A stretch of 64,000 bases of DNA from a plasmid. The position numbers and the translations under genes are program-made. The stretch lies in sequence record NZ_AP019725.1; one strand, given 5' to 3'. The notes under the pieces are model-generated. The model did not search any database. It was not told the DNA's origin and saw only the letters and a program-made list of their open reading frames with translations. This document shows positions 10,542 to 21,223 of this stretch, one piece after another (positions within the stretch are counted from its first letter, which is position 1; every line of letters starts with the position of its first letter).

Positions 10542-10800
10542 AAAACGCCATTTGTTAATAATTAAATAATAAATGGTTGCTGCAATGCAACAACCATTAA
10601 ATAATTCTGTTTGTTATCTCTTGAAAACAATCTACCTTAATTATGTATACCACTTGCTCAAACAATCCTTTTCTTTATTGGCAAAGGTATTATCATTAAA
10701 AAAAACTAATCAGTGGTTTTTTGAAAAAAAAGTATGGTATTTGAGTACTTCTCCTATAAAATACTTTTAATTTTTTAGGGGAAGTTTATGTTTAAACGTA

Positions 10801-11190
10801 TTATTCCATATTTTCGTCTATGTAGTAGCCGGAGAACCCGCATGTTTCCATATTCGTTATTAAATTCATATCTTCAGATGTAAGTTCGAAATTAAATACA
10901 TCGGCATTCTGAATTATTCTTTCTTTGTTCAGAGATTTTGGCAGTGGAACAACGTTGTTCTGTAGTACCCATCTCAAACATAGCTGAGCCACCGATTTAT
11001 TGTATCTTGATGCTATTTCACATAGAACAGGATACTGCAGCATATATCCGTTTCCAAGCGGACTCCATGCTTTACTGTAATATTATTTCTCTGGCAATAA
11101 AGTACTGTATCCACTTGTGTATATCCAGGGTGAAACTCAATCTGATCTACCATCAGCTGTATATTTGCACTTGTAAAATTAAATGTCTAT
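10801..11190 (-). pseudogene. Aldo/keto reductase 3' remnant (truncated and frameshifted)
   Basis: C-terminal AKR signature AWSPLGNGYMLQYPVLCEIASRYNKSVAQLCLRWVLQNNVVPLPKS. Upstream, in another frame, DQIEFHPGYTQVDTVLYCQRNNITV. A 1-nt frame change lies in the A-run GTAAAGCATGG. The 5' half of the gene is absent. Confidence 0.55.
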
Positions 11191-11324
11191 AATTGCTTAT
11201 ATTGTAGATGAGAACTTTTATAAAAAAAATGCCATTGTATGCAAATACACCATATTAAAAACTCTTTTCCAATATATATAAAACACCAACTATCACTTTC
11301 TTTGCAAAAAAATTAATTTATTGT

Positions 11325-14300
11325 TTGCTAAAAAATCAATTTATGGAAATCAAAAACAAAAAGTGGGAGAGGTTACCTTTATTGGTAATGCTTCTGTTTT
11401 GTGTATCTGCAATTAGTGCACAAAAGATTACTATTAGTGGAAAAGTTACAGACGAAATGAAAGATCCTATAATAGGTGCTACAGTTTCTGTTAAAGGTGA
11501 TAATACCGCAGGGACAATTACTGACCTTGATGGTAATTATTTTTTGGAGGCTGATAGTAAGTCGACTCTCGTATTCAGTTTCATAGGCTATGAAACACAA
11601 GAAATCTCTGTTAATGGAAAAACACAAATTAATGTTTCTTTAAAAGAAGAATCTGTTATGCTTGCTGAGGTTGTAGCTATTGGCTATGGTGTACAGAAGA
11701 AAAAAGAATTAACAGGTGCTGTTTCGCAGATAAAGTCTGATGAAATGCTAAAAATAGCAGGTTCGGATTTTACAAAAACTTTGCAAGGTAAGATTTCAGG
11801 TTTGAATATTACTGAAAGTTCCGGTCGTCCTGGAGATGGCGCTGTTATTCAAATTCGTGGATTGGGTTCTATTAATGGTAATTCAAGTCCTCTTTATGTC
11901 GTAGATGGAATACCGGCTGACGGTAATCCTAATTTACCTGCGGAAGAAATTGAAACAATAGATGTGTTGAAGGATGGTGCTTCGGCTGCAGTATACGGAA
12001 CACGTGCTTCAAATGGTGTTATATTGATTACGACAAAACGCGGTAAAGCAGGTAAAGCAAAAGTAAGTTTCTCTGGTTATTATGGTCTACAGAACATTGT
12101 ATCAGGAACTCCATTGCTTAGTACACCACAGCAGTTGTATGTTGATGAAATGTATCAGCGTGCTTTAGGTGGTAACTCTTCCGACTTATATTATAATCCC
12201 GATGCAATGGATTATAATACCGATTTTATTGGATCAGTAACTTTAGATAATGCCCCAATGCAAAATTATAACTTGACTGTAAGTGGCGGTAGTGATGTTA
12301 TGACTTATAATGTTAATGCCAACTATTTCAAACAGGATGGTATTCTTATTAATTCCGGTTACGAAAGATTCTCTACCCGTGCAAATGCAACATTTAAGAA
12401 AGGTCGTTTCAGTGGATTTGTAAGTATTGGCTTAAATCATTCTGATAAATCTGTTGAGCCTTGGAATGTATATCAGTTTGCACAATATCAGAAACCATAT
12501 ATGAAACCATTGAATATGGAAGATGGAAGTGAAGTAGAAATTGATGCTGATAACAACGTAGAACATTTGGGATATTTGGCTCGTATATTGACTAATTCTG
12601 ATGACAGAGTTGAAAATTCTCATAATATAGCAGCAAACTTTAAGATAGAGATTATTGACGGTCTTACTTATCAGGTGAATTTAGGTTATAACTATTGGCA
12701 ATATAAAAGAGATTTCTTTGAACCTCAGTTTATGGTTTATGATAAAAACGGGAACCTTAACACAGCTTCAAGTAGAGTTGATGCAAGTCTTTTGCAGGAG
12801 GATAATTCAAGCATGAAACTTACTATGGAAAATGTATTAAGTTATGATAAAACATTCGGAAAGCACAAAGTAGGTGCTGTAATCGGTTATACTATTGAAA
12901 AGACAGACTGGGTGCAGAGCGCAATGTCTAAAAAAGATTTCATTAGTAATGATACACCTGTTTTCGATGCAGGAAATGTTCTTACATCAATTGGAGGATC
13001 TAAATCTACTCATGTAATTGTAGGAAAGTTGTTCCGTTTACAATATGCTTATGACGGTCGTTATATGTTATCTGCCAGTGGACGTTACGACGGTTCTTCA
13101 AGAATGGCTAAGAATAACAGATATGCTTTCTTCCCTGGTGTTTCATTGGGTTGGAATATTAATGAAGAAAAGTTCTTGAAAAATGTAGATTGGTTGAGCA
13201 ATCTTAAATTGAGAGCCAGTTATGGTGAGGTTGGTAATGAAGGTATTGGTGACTATAAATATGCATCTTACATCCGCAACCAGATTGATTATGTTTGGGG
13301 ACCGGAAACAGGCGATCAGTTAGGTCTGGGTGCTATACAGAGAGCGTATTCCAATCCTAACATAGTATGGGAAACAAATGTATCAAAGAATATCGGTCTT
13401 GATGCTTCGTTATTAAGAGGAGCTTTAAGCTTGAGTTTTGATATGTATAAGAATAATAAGAAGGATATGTTGCTTGATGTGATTATTCCTGCATCATCTG
13501 GTACAAATGTAGGTTGGGGAAATAACTCAATTACTTCTAATATCGGAAACATGGTAAATAAGGGTTTTGAGTTCTCGGCTACATACAAAGGACATACAAA
13601 ATTTGGCATGAACTGGTCATTGATAGGGACATTCACTAAAAATATCAATGAAATTACTTCGTTGGGTGATATGAATGAAATACCTTTGGCTAATAGTAAA
13701 CTTGGTTCCTGGTTGAATAATGATAATGTTACAACATATATGAAAGTTGGTTATCCTGCTGGTTCATTTTTCTTAATTGAATCAGATGGAGTAATACAGA
13801 CTCAGGAAGAACTGGATGCTGTTAAGTCTTATATGCCAAATGCAAAATTGGGAGACTTGAAACTGGTAGACCAGAATGGTGATAATATAATTGATGATAA
13901 GGATCGTGTTTATAAGGGAAGCAGTATGCCTAAATTTGAAATGGGTTTAACTTTTAATGCTGATTATAAAGGTTTTGATTTTTCTACTCAGCTATATTAT
14001 TCACATAAAAATATGGTATACAACGGTGCAAAACAGTTTGCATACGCAGGAGTAAGACACGTTGAATTATATGATATGTGGACTCCAAACAATATCAACT
14101 CAGATATACCTGTACCTGAACCATATAATTGTAATCCTAGATTAGATTACTTTCTGGAAGATGGAACATTCTTAAGATTACGCAATATAACATTGGGCTA
14201 TTCTTTACCTAGAAAGTGGTTTAAAGGTATTTTGGATTATGCAAGAATATATGTAACTGCACAAAATCCGTTTACATTTACTAAATATGAGGGATATGAT

Positions 14301-14399
14301 CCTGAAGTTGGTGGAGATGGTGTTGCAAGCCGAGGTGTTGATAAAGCCAACTATCCTATAACAAGAAAATTCTTATTTGGTGTACAGCTTGATTTTTAA
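11325..14399 (+). CDS. susC: SusC/RagA-family TonB-dependent outer-membrane transporter
   Basis: Signal peptide, then a carboxypeptidase-regulatory-like N-domain (ITISGKVTDEMKDPIIGATVSVKG), a TonB plug, and a C-terminal beta-barrel ending in an aromatic residue (…GVQLDF). About 1020 aa and immediately followed by SusD. The alternative start MEIKNK at 11343 is likely. Confidence 0.9.
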   Translation: MLKNQFMEIKNKKWERLPLLVMLLFCVSAISAQKITISGKVTDEMKDPIIGATVSVKGDNTAGTITDLDGNYFLEADSKSTLVFSFIGYETQEISVNGKTQINVSLKEESVMLAEVVAIGYGVQKKKELTGAVSQIKSDEMLKIAGSDFTKTLQGKISGLNITESSGRPGDGAVIQIRGLGSINGNSSPLYVVDGIPADGNPNLPAEEIETIDVLKDGASAAVYGTRASNGVILITTKRGKAGKAKVSFSGYYGLQNIVSGTPLLSTPQQLYVDEMYQRALGGNSSDLYYNPDAMDYNTDFIGSVTLDNAPMQNYNLTVSGGSDVMTYNVNANYFKQDGILINSGYERFSTRANATFKKGRFSGFVSIGLNHSDKSVEPWNVYQFAQYQKPYMKPLNMEDGSEVEIDADNNVEHLGYLARILTNSDDRVENSHNIAANFKIEIIDGLTYQVNLGYNYWQYKRDFFEPQFMVYDKNGNLNTASSRVDASLLQEDNSSMKLTMENVLSYDKTFGKHKVGAVIGYTIEKTDWVQSAMSKKDFISNDTPVFDAGNVLTSIGGSKSTHVIVGKLFRLQYAYDGRYMLSASGRYDGSSRMAKNNRYAFFPGVSLGWNINEEKFLKNVDWLSNLKLRASYGEVGNEGIGDYKYASYIRNQIDYVWGPETGDQLGLGAIQRAYSNPNIVWETNVSKNIGLDASLLRGALSLSFDMYKNNKKDMLLDVIIPASSGTNVGWGNNSITSNIGNMVNKGFEFSATYKGHTKFGMNWSLIGTFTKNINEITSLGDMNEIPLANSKLGSWLNNDNVTTYMKVGYPAGSFFLIESDGVIQTQEELDAVKSYMPNAKLGDLKLVDQNGDNIIDDKDRVYKGSSMPKFEMGLTFNADYKGFDFSTQLYYSHKNMVYNGAKQFAYAGVRHVELYDMWTPNNINSDIPVPEPYNCNPRLDYFLEDGTFLRLRNITLGYSLPRKWFKGILDYARIYVTAQNPFTFTKYEGYDPEVGGDGVASRGVDKANYPITRKFLFGVQLDF

Positions 14400-14425
14400 T
14401 TTGATTAACTGAAATTTTTAAAACT

Positions 14426-16204
14426 ATGATAAAGAAATTAGCTTATATATTATGTTTCTCTCTTATTGGGGGAACTTTTACGAGTTGTGAAGATGCCTTG
14501 CTGTCACAAGTTAATCCCAATTCTCTGACTGATGGCTCGTTTTGGAAAACCGAAGCTGACTTTGATAAGGCTGTAAATGCATTGTATGGTTCTTTGCAGT
14601 TGGAATATGTAAGTGGTTCAGGATTGACTTTCGAAATGCTAAGAAGTGATTTGGCAGGTACAGAAACATGGTATAGTACTCAAAATATCTTCACCCAGTT
14701 AAAGTGGGATAGCTCTTCACCATATGTTGAAAACCGTTGGTCACAATTGTACGTAGGTATTTTCAGAGCAAATCAAATATTACATTACATTGAAAATGCA
14801 GATTTCCTTACACAAGAGAAGAAAGAACAGATAATAGCTCAGGCACGTTTTATTAGAGGATATGACTATTTTTTCCTTGCCAATACTTATGGTGGAGCCG
14901 TAATACATGATAAAATGGCTTCTTCGGCAGAAGAAATAAACATTCCTTTTTCATCAAAGGATGATGTAATAAATAAAATGGTTATTCCGGATTTTCAGGC
15001 TGCTCAAATATTACCTAAAGTATGGCCCAACGGTAATGACGGACATATCACTTGGGGTGCGGCTACAGCTATGTTGGGTAAGACTTATCTTTTCCAGAAA
15101 GAATGGAAGTTGGCAAGAGAATGCTTTAAGCAATTAGTTGAAAGCAACTTATATGAACTGGAAGAAAATTATATGGATAACTTTACCACTGATAATGAGT
15201 TTAATAAGGAATCTGTATTTGAAGTCTCTTTCTCCGATAACTACAAGCCAGGAAATAGTGGAAACCTGCATGACGAGATAGATGGTTCGGAAGGTGTATC
15301 TATTGCAAACCAGTTTGCTTCTCTTTTTGCAGGTGGTTACAATACAGTGTTACCTACCTACCATTGCCACGAAATGTTTGTTTCGGCAGATGTTATGGAT
15401 CCTGATGCTGAATGGACAAAAGCTGGACATTTGAACTCTATGAGAACATACGCAACAATTGTAGTTGAGAAAGGTGACGGTGATTATTATAAGGCTCCTC
15501 TTGTTAATGAATATGATGCTGATGGAAATCTTGTTGCCAAAGGAAAAGTAAACTTTGGATATGGTCAGAGTTCTAAAGTAAGGAAATGGACACGTTGGGA
15601 TAGAGTGGAATCTGAGGATCCTACTACAGGATGTAGAACAGGTATAAATTACAGAGCTATTAGATATGCTGACGTTTTGTTAATGTATGCCGAAGCTATT
15701 CTTGAAGATGATGGTGATGTAGATTTGGCAATAGAATATATTGATAAAGTAAGAGAACGTGCAGGGGTAGTAAAACTTAAGGATTATATAACAGAGAATA
15801 ATGGATTTTTCCCTAAATTGTGGGTCTCTAAATTTGCAAATAATTACACAGACTTTGAGATGATTCCTGCCAATAAGGATAATGTATTGATGCATTTAAG
15901 AATGGCTGAGCGTTTGCTTGAATTGGCTTTTGAAGGTCATCGCTGGCTTGACTTGGTTCGTTGGGGATTGGTTAAAGAGTGCTTCGAACAATGTTGGAGT
16001 GAAGAACAAGGTATACGTTTGAATTTATGTGGGTCTATTACAAGTACAACAATAAGTTCTACAGAACAGATTCCACCATTAAATGTTAAGGAACGTGTGC
16101 GTCCTGATTTTGAGATGCGTTCAAAGGTATATCAGTCGGATGTTCACGATTATTTCCCAATACCTAGCTGTGAAGTTCAGAATAATAAAGCATTACAGAA
16201 TTAA
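14426..16204 (+). CDS. susD: SusD/RagB-family outer-membrane lipoprotein
   Basis: Lipobox (FTSC) and a TPR-like SusD N-terminus (WKTEADFDKAVNALYGSLQ). 592 aa, located directly after SusC. Confidence 0.9.
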   Translation: MIKKLAYILCFSLIGGTFTSCEDALLSQVNPNSLTDGSFWKTEADFDKAVNALYGSLQLEYVSGSGLTFEMLRSDLAGTETWYSTQNIFTQLKWDSSSPYVENRWSQLYVGIFRANQILHYIENADFLTQEKKEQIIAQARFIRGYDYFFLANTYGGAVIHDKMASSAEEINIPFSSKDDVINKMVIPDFQAAQILPKVWPNGNDGHITWGAATAMLGKTYLFQKEWKLARECFKQLVESNLYELEENYMDNFTTDNEFNKESVFEVSFSDNYKPGNSGNLHDEIDGSEGVSIANQFASLFAGGYNTVLPTYHCHEMFVSADVMDPDAEWTKAGHLNSMRTYATIVVEKGDGDYYKAPLVNEYDADGNLVAKGKVNFGYGQSSKVRKWTRWDRVESEDPTTGCRTGINYRAIRYADVLLMYAEAILEDDGDVDLAIEYIDKVRERAGVVKLKDYITENNGFFPKLWVSKFANNYTDFEMIPANKDNVLMHLRMAERLLELAFEGHRWLDLVRWGLVKECFEQCWSEEQGIRLNLCGSITSTTISSTEQIPPLNVKERVRPDFEMRSKVYQSDVHDYFPIPSCEVQNNKALQN

Positions 16205-16215
16205 ATTTTAATACG

Positions 16216-17775
16216 ATGAAGACAATAAATAAAATATTATTAGTTATTTTAGCCTTTTTAGGAATAAGTTGCCAAAAGGACTATGAGTTTAACGAAGATA
16301 TAGTCCAGGAGTATGTTACTACTTCTTTTGGAAATAAAGCGAATTTGATGCAAGTTAATGGTTGGATGTCATTTCTGGATTTGTCAAGAGGTGTTGAATC
16401 CAGAACATGGACTTTCCCTGAAGGTGTAGCCATTAATTTAGATTCTACGGAAGTTACAACCTCAGCATCCGAAAACCTGAAAGTTAGTTTTATTGTTCCT
16501 GGAGTTCATAAGATTTCTCTTAAACAAATATTCTGTAAGGAAATAGAAACAGAGGATGGACTTACTAATGAAAAGGAACAGTTTGTTGAAGTTACGGTTT
16601 TAGATAGTGTTAGAGCGTCATTTACCGCTTTGTGTAGAGAAACTGGTGCTGAAATAAATTTAGCTTCGGGCGCCAAGAATGAGCTGCAAGGTGGTCATCA
16701 CATAGATTTTACTGTTACTTCTACAGGTGCACCTAATAAAAATGTCTTCACTTTTGTTAGTGAAGATGGAAAGGCAGAAACAGTTGAGGCAGTTGACGGT
16801 ATTGCATCTTATCAGTTCTACTCACCGGGGTTGTATGAGGTTACCTTGGAGTCATCAAGTGATTTTGGACGTAGCAGCATAAAATATACAGAGTTGGTAA
16901 ATGTTATAGCTTCGGAAGATCCTGTTGATTTTATTGGTGCTGAAAGATTATCATCCAATACTATAGGTTTGAAATTTAGCCGTGCAATGAAAGATGCATC
17001 AGACTGTCCTGTTAATGCTTTTTCACTGAATATAACCAACGGGGAAAATATGATTCCTGTAGTTGCAAATATTCAATCAGTAAGTACGGATGTCAATATT
17101 GTAAAACTTGTATTAGATACTGATATTTATAATACCGATAATATAACTGTTTCATACGATGCATCTGTTGGTAATTTGATAACACTTGACTATGTTTATG
17201 CTACAAATTTTATTTCAGAACCGGAAAGTTTCGATTTCAAGATGTCAAATCTTTTGAAAGAAGCAGGATATGATGTAGGTTTTGAAAATTGTACTGTAGA
17301 AGATTGGGATAAAGTTTCTTGGGGAGCAACTCTATGGGACGACTATAAATTATCTATGGTAAATGATAATGCTCATTCTGGTAACGGTGTTGCATATGCA
17401 GAAATTTCTGCTGGTAAAGGAATGATAATGGGTTGCGATACCAAAGTAGCAGGAGATTATGCCATCCCTGTAGAAGCAAATGTTGATTATTTGCTTTCTA
17501 TGTGGATAAATGTACAAGAATTAGATGGTACTCCAGTAAATGGAATATATCCAAATATTACTTTTGATTTTGCAATAGATACAAAATGGAGTACTGGTGT
17601 ATGGTTTAATAATGATTTTGTTAAAGGTCAATGGGTGAATGTTACATGTAAAATGTCATCTTCCAAAGCTGGAGATTCAGGAATTATCATTAGAGCTACA
17701 AATGAAAAATCATCATCAGCATTGAATTTCTATTTTGATGATATTTCATTGACTAAAATAGAAAAACGTCCATAG
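16216..17775 (+). CDS. PUL-encoded surface lipoprotein (SusE/F-position, candidate surface glycan-binding protein with C-terminal CBM-like domain)
   Basis: Lipoprotein signal (LGISCQKD). The gene occupies the position after susD. The C-terminal beta-rich region has aromatic-rich segments. No catalytic motif was recognised. Confidence 0.5.
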   Translation: MKTINKILLVILAFLGISCQKDYEFNEDIVQEYVTTSFGNKANLMQVNGWMSFLDLSRGVESRTWTFPEGVAINLDSTEVTTSASENLKVSFIVPGVHKISLKQIFCKEIETEDGLTNEKEQFVEVTVLDSVRASFTALCRETGAEINLASGAKNELQGGHHIDFTVTSTGAPNKNVFTFVSEDGKAETVEAVDGIASYQFYSPGLYEVTLESSSDFGRSSIKYTELVNVIASEDPVDFIGAERLSSNTIGLKFSRAMKDASDCPVNAFSLNITNGENMIPVVANIQSVSTDVNIVKLVLDTDIYNTDNITVSYDASVGNLITLDYVYATNFISEPESFDFKMSNLLKEAGYDVGFENCTVEDWDKVSWGATLWDDYKLSMVNDNAHSGNGVAYAEISAGKGMIMGCDTKVAGDYAIPVEANVDYLLSMWINVQELDGTPVNGIYPNITFDFAIDTKWSTGVWFNNDFVKGQWVNVTCKMSSSKAGDSGIIIRATNEKSSSALNFYFDDISLTKIEKRP

Positions 17776-17844
17776 TAAATTAAAAATAGATAGGGTTAGC
17801 TCCCTATCTATTTCTTAGATATTATTAATTAAATTTTTTGTAGA

Positions 17845-18873
17845 ATGGAATTGAAATTATTGCTTTTATCATTAGGATTTTTATTTATTTCTTGTAGTTC
17901 CTGTATGCCAGGAGATAATAATGGAGAAGAGAATGGGTCAGAAAACGGATCAAATACAGACCCGGGTGATTCTGAAACAGAATTTGAATATGAATGGGAC
18001 AAGTTTCCTGTACCAGTTTCGGCAGGTACTGGAATGAAATGGGAATTACAGAGTCAGTCGGATGACTTTAACTATACTGCTGACAGTAATAACAAAGGTA
18101 ATTTTGAAAAGAAATGGACCGATTATTACCATGCCAACTGGTCAGGACCAGCTCCTACAATATGGCAGAGAGATCATATTTCTGTCTCAGATGGTTGTTT
18201 GCGAATTGAAACCAGTAGACCTGACGATGTAAAAATAGTTAAGGTTACAAGCGGAGATAAAGAAAAAATGATGCCTGGCACTTATACAGGGTGTGTTACA
18301 TCTAAAACTAGAGTAGTATATCCTGTGTATGTAGAGGCATATGCCAAGATAGCTAACTCAACAATGGCTTCGGATGTATGGATGTTAAGTCCTGATGATA
18401 CTCAAGAAATTGATATTATAGAGGCATATGGTAGCGATAGGGTTGTAGGTGATGATGGACATAAATTTTACGGACCTGATAGAATTCATTTAAGTCATCA
18501 TGTGTTTATTAGAGATCCGTTTCAGGACTATCAACCAACAGATCCTGGAAGTTGGTATAAAGATGTGAATGGAACTATTTGGAGAAATGATTTCCATAGA
18601 GTAGGAGTTTACTGGAAAGATCCATTTAATTTGGAATATTATGTTGATGGTAAAATGGTAAGAAGGGTATCTGGGAAAAATATTATTGACCCCAATGATT
18701 TTACTAAGGGTACCGGACTATCGAAAGAAATGGATATAATTATAAACATGGAAGACCAGAGCTGGAGAGCTATAAGTGGATTGTCTCCGACAAACAAAGA
18801 ATTAATGAATAAAGATAATAATACATTCCTTGTTGACTGGATAAGAATTTATAAACCGGTAGAGGATAAATAA
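17845..18873 (+). CDS. GH16-family glycoside hydrolase (beta-agarase/porphyranase-like), lipoprotein
   Basis: Lipobox (FISCSSC). VWMLS...EIDIIEAYG catalytic ExDxxE block, then VGVYWKDPFNLEYYVDG. Confidence 0.8.
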   Translation: MELKLLLLSLGFLFISCSSCMPGDNNGEENGSENGSNTDPGDSETEFEYEWDKFPVPVSAGTGMKWELQSQSDDFNYTADSNNKGNFEKKWTDYYHANWSGPAPTIWQRDHISVSDGCLRIETSRPDDVKIVKVTSGDKEKMMPGTYTGCVTSKTRVVYPVYVEAYAKIANSTMASDVWMLSPDDTQEIDIIEAYGSDRVVGDDGHKFYGPDRIHLSHHVFIRDPFQDYQPTDPGSWYKDVNGTIWRNDFHRVGVYWKDPFNLEYYVDGKMVRRVSGKNIIDPNDFTKGTGLSKEMDIIINMEDQSWRAISGLSPTNKELMNKDNNTFLVDWIRIYKPVEDK

Positions 18874-19282
18874 TTATTTTATGGAGACCATCTCAAAATG
18901 ATTTTGAGATGGTCTCTTCTCTTTTTATATAGTTAAGGATTTGATTTATTCTAGTTATAGTGGAGAAAAAATATCTTTATGGGAGAGATTTTCATTTACT
19001 TAGGGAAAAGTTGCATTTTGCCATATATAAATACTATTTGTATGATATATATTTGCCATACAATATCCGACTGAAAAATTCTGAATATGATGAAAATGGT
19101 ATTCTGGTTAAAAAGTATGATAATATCAGTATAATGGAAAAAGACATATTGATTGAACCATCAAGATAAAAGTTCTTTGCTTCAAATAAAATGTTCCGTT
19201 AGATGATATTCAATAACGGAGCATTTTTTTATTCTCAAAACCATAAACTTTACTAATATTGTACTTTAATATAAAATAATTT

Positions 19283-21223
19283 ATGAAAAACAGAATTATC
19301 GGCTTGTTTTGTTTTATGGCTGTTCATTTAGCCGCTTCTGCACAGACTCATGTGCAATTGAATTTGAATGTAAAACATAAGCTTGGGGATGTAACAGAGT
19401 TTAACCGTCCTAAGTTTATAAATTTCCATGCTACAATAAATGAGAATTATTGGGATAGTGCAAATAAGATTGCTGATTTACGTGATGACCTTATAAGAAA
19501 ATATGATGTGTATGTGGGGCGTGAAACAGGTATGATCAAGACTGTGCTTCGCAATGTTAAGGAGGATCCCGAAAGACCAGGTTTTGCCGACCCAGATGAT
19601 TTGGCTAGACTATGTAGCCAGAATAAGAAACGGTATGTTCAGAACACAAAGGTACATCCTTACGAGAAATACAGTAATCTGATTCTTTGTAATCAGTTCT
19701 CTCCTTTTTATCCTGACGGAACTAAAACGCTGAAAGGATGGGCTTTATCGCAGAAGGATACTGAAGATGAGCCTTTCGGAACAGCTTCGGGTGAATTTTA
19801 TGGCAGGTATATTAAGGAGTATTTTGGTGAAGGAGGAGAAAGTGGTGAACCTAAGCCTGGGTTCTGTGAGGTAATTAATGAGCCTTTGTGGGATATTTAT
19901 GATAAGCCGAAAGCTCCAAAGTCAAGTATAACCAAATTATTTGAATTCCACTCTACTATTGCCGCACAGGTGAAAAAGTTTAATCCTGATATGAAAGTGG
20001 GAGGTTATTGCACTGCCTTCCCTGATTTTGAACTCCAGAATTTCGGAAGATGGAATGCCAGATGGAAACAGTTTATTGATATTGCCGGAAAGGATATGGA
20101 TTTCTTTACTATTCATTTATACGATTTTCCATGTAAAGATGGTAAACAGATGTACAGAAAAGGCAGTAACATGGAGGCCACAATGGATATGATTGAGCAG
20201 TACAGTATGATAAAGCTTGGTGAGGTTAAACCTCTTATGATTTCGGAATACAGTGCGCAGACGCATGATTACAACAGGAAGCCATGGTCGCCATATCGCG
20301 ACTGGCTGCGACTGAAATCGACCAACTCGATGCTTATGCAGTTTATGGAAAGGACCGATAATATATGTTATGCCATGCCTTTTGCCATGCTCAAATCTGA
20401 GTGGGGATATAATCCCAAAACGGGTCTTGCACATACAGCGAGAATGCTGAGAAGAGAAAACGAGCCTGAAAGCTTTACCGGAGAATATGTTTACTCTGAA
20501 CTTATAAAGTTTTATCAGCTCTGGAAGGATGTGAAGGGTACAAGGGTTGAAACAAACTGTGATAATCCTGACATTATGTGTGATGCATATGTAGACGGGA
20601 AGAATGTGTATTTCATTATAAACAATCTGGATTTCAAACCAGTAGATTTGAATCTTTCTGTAAACGGAACATCTAAGGATGCAAAAAGTATAGAAGTCAG
20701 ACATCTGTACCTTAAAGGTGGGAAAGACGGAGTACCTATGCTTGATGTATACGATGCAAAGAGTCTTGACCACTTTACTTTAGAAACTGAGGCAACATGC
20801 GTCATTTGCTATAATTTCGACAGAAAAGTGAAAATAAACGAAACGATGGAGGAGGTGAAATATTATGCAACGGATTACCTTAAAGAGATTGCTGCTGGCA
20901 AAGAACTGGTTTTCAATATAAATAATGTCAAGAAGACCGAATATGGTGAGGCCGTTATCCGTCTTGGACTTGGCAGAAATCATGGTTTGTCGTTGCTGCC
21001 TGAACTTTTAGTAAACGGTAAGAAAGTTGATATCCCGGATAATTTCAGGGGTGACGTTCAGAAAGACCGTGCTTCTTTCTTCGGTGTTATTGAAGTGCCT
21101 GTGGACTACAGCATTCTTAAGGGAAATAATACTATCTCGTTAAAGTTCCCAGATAATGGCGGTCACGTAAGTACAGTTACTATGCAGATTTTTAATTTTT
21201 CAAATAATATTAGAGGTATATGA
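19283..21223 (+). CDS. Clan GH-A glycoside hydrolase, GH86-like (beta-agarase/porphyranase candidate)
   Basis: Signal peptide. NEP acid/base motif (FCEVINEPLW, E about residue 200) and a second conserved Glu in LMISEYSAQ (about residue 322). A spacing of about 122 aa is typical of (beta/alpha)8 GH-A enzymes. A 646-aa protein with C-terminal beta-sandwich extensions fits GH86. The family call is tentative. Confidence 0.5.
   Translation: MKNRIIGLFCFMAVHLAASAQTHVQLNLNVKHKLGDVTEFNRPKFINFHATINENYWDSANKIADLRDDLIRKYDVYVGRETGMIKTVLRNVKEDPERPGFADPDDLARLCSQNKKRYVQNTKVHPYEKYSNLILCNQFSPFYPDGTKTLKGWALSQKDTEDEPFGTASGEFYGRYIKEYFGEGGESGEPKPGFCEVINEPLWDIYDKPKAPKSSITKLFEFHSTIAAQVKKFNPDMKVGGYCTAFPDFELQNFGRWNARWKQFIDIAGKDMDFFTIHLYDFPCKDGKQMYRKGSNMEATMDMIEQYSMIKLGEVKPLMISEYSAQTHDYNRKPWSPYRDWLRLKSTNSMLMQFMERTDNICYAMPFAMLKSEWGYNPKTGLAHTARMLRRENEPESFTGEYVYSELIKFYQLWKDVKGTRVETNCDNPDIMCDAYVDGKNVYFIINNLDFKPVDLNLSVNGTSKDAKSIEVRHLYLKGGKDGVPMLDVYDAKSLDHFTLETEATCVICYNFDRKVKINETMEEVKYYATDYLKEIAAGKELVFNINNVKKTEYGEAVIRLGLGRNHGLSLLPELLVNGKKVDIPDNFRGDVQKDRASFFGVIEVPVDYSILKGNNTISLKFPDNGGHVSTVTMQIFNFSNNIRGI

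Noticed and set aside
11280-11325. Bacteroides-type promoter upstream of susC (TTTG ... TATTGTTTG)
   Set aside because: The -7 element does not fit TAnnTTTG exactly (TATTGTTTG), and the spacing is off. It was not called.
20117-20983. Three minus-strand ORFs inside the GH86-like gene
   Set aside because: They are embedded antisense to a strongly supported CDS.
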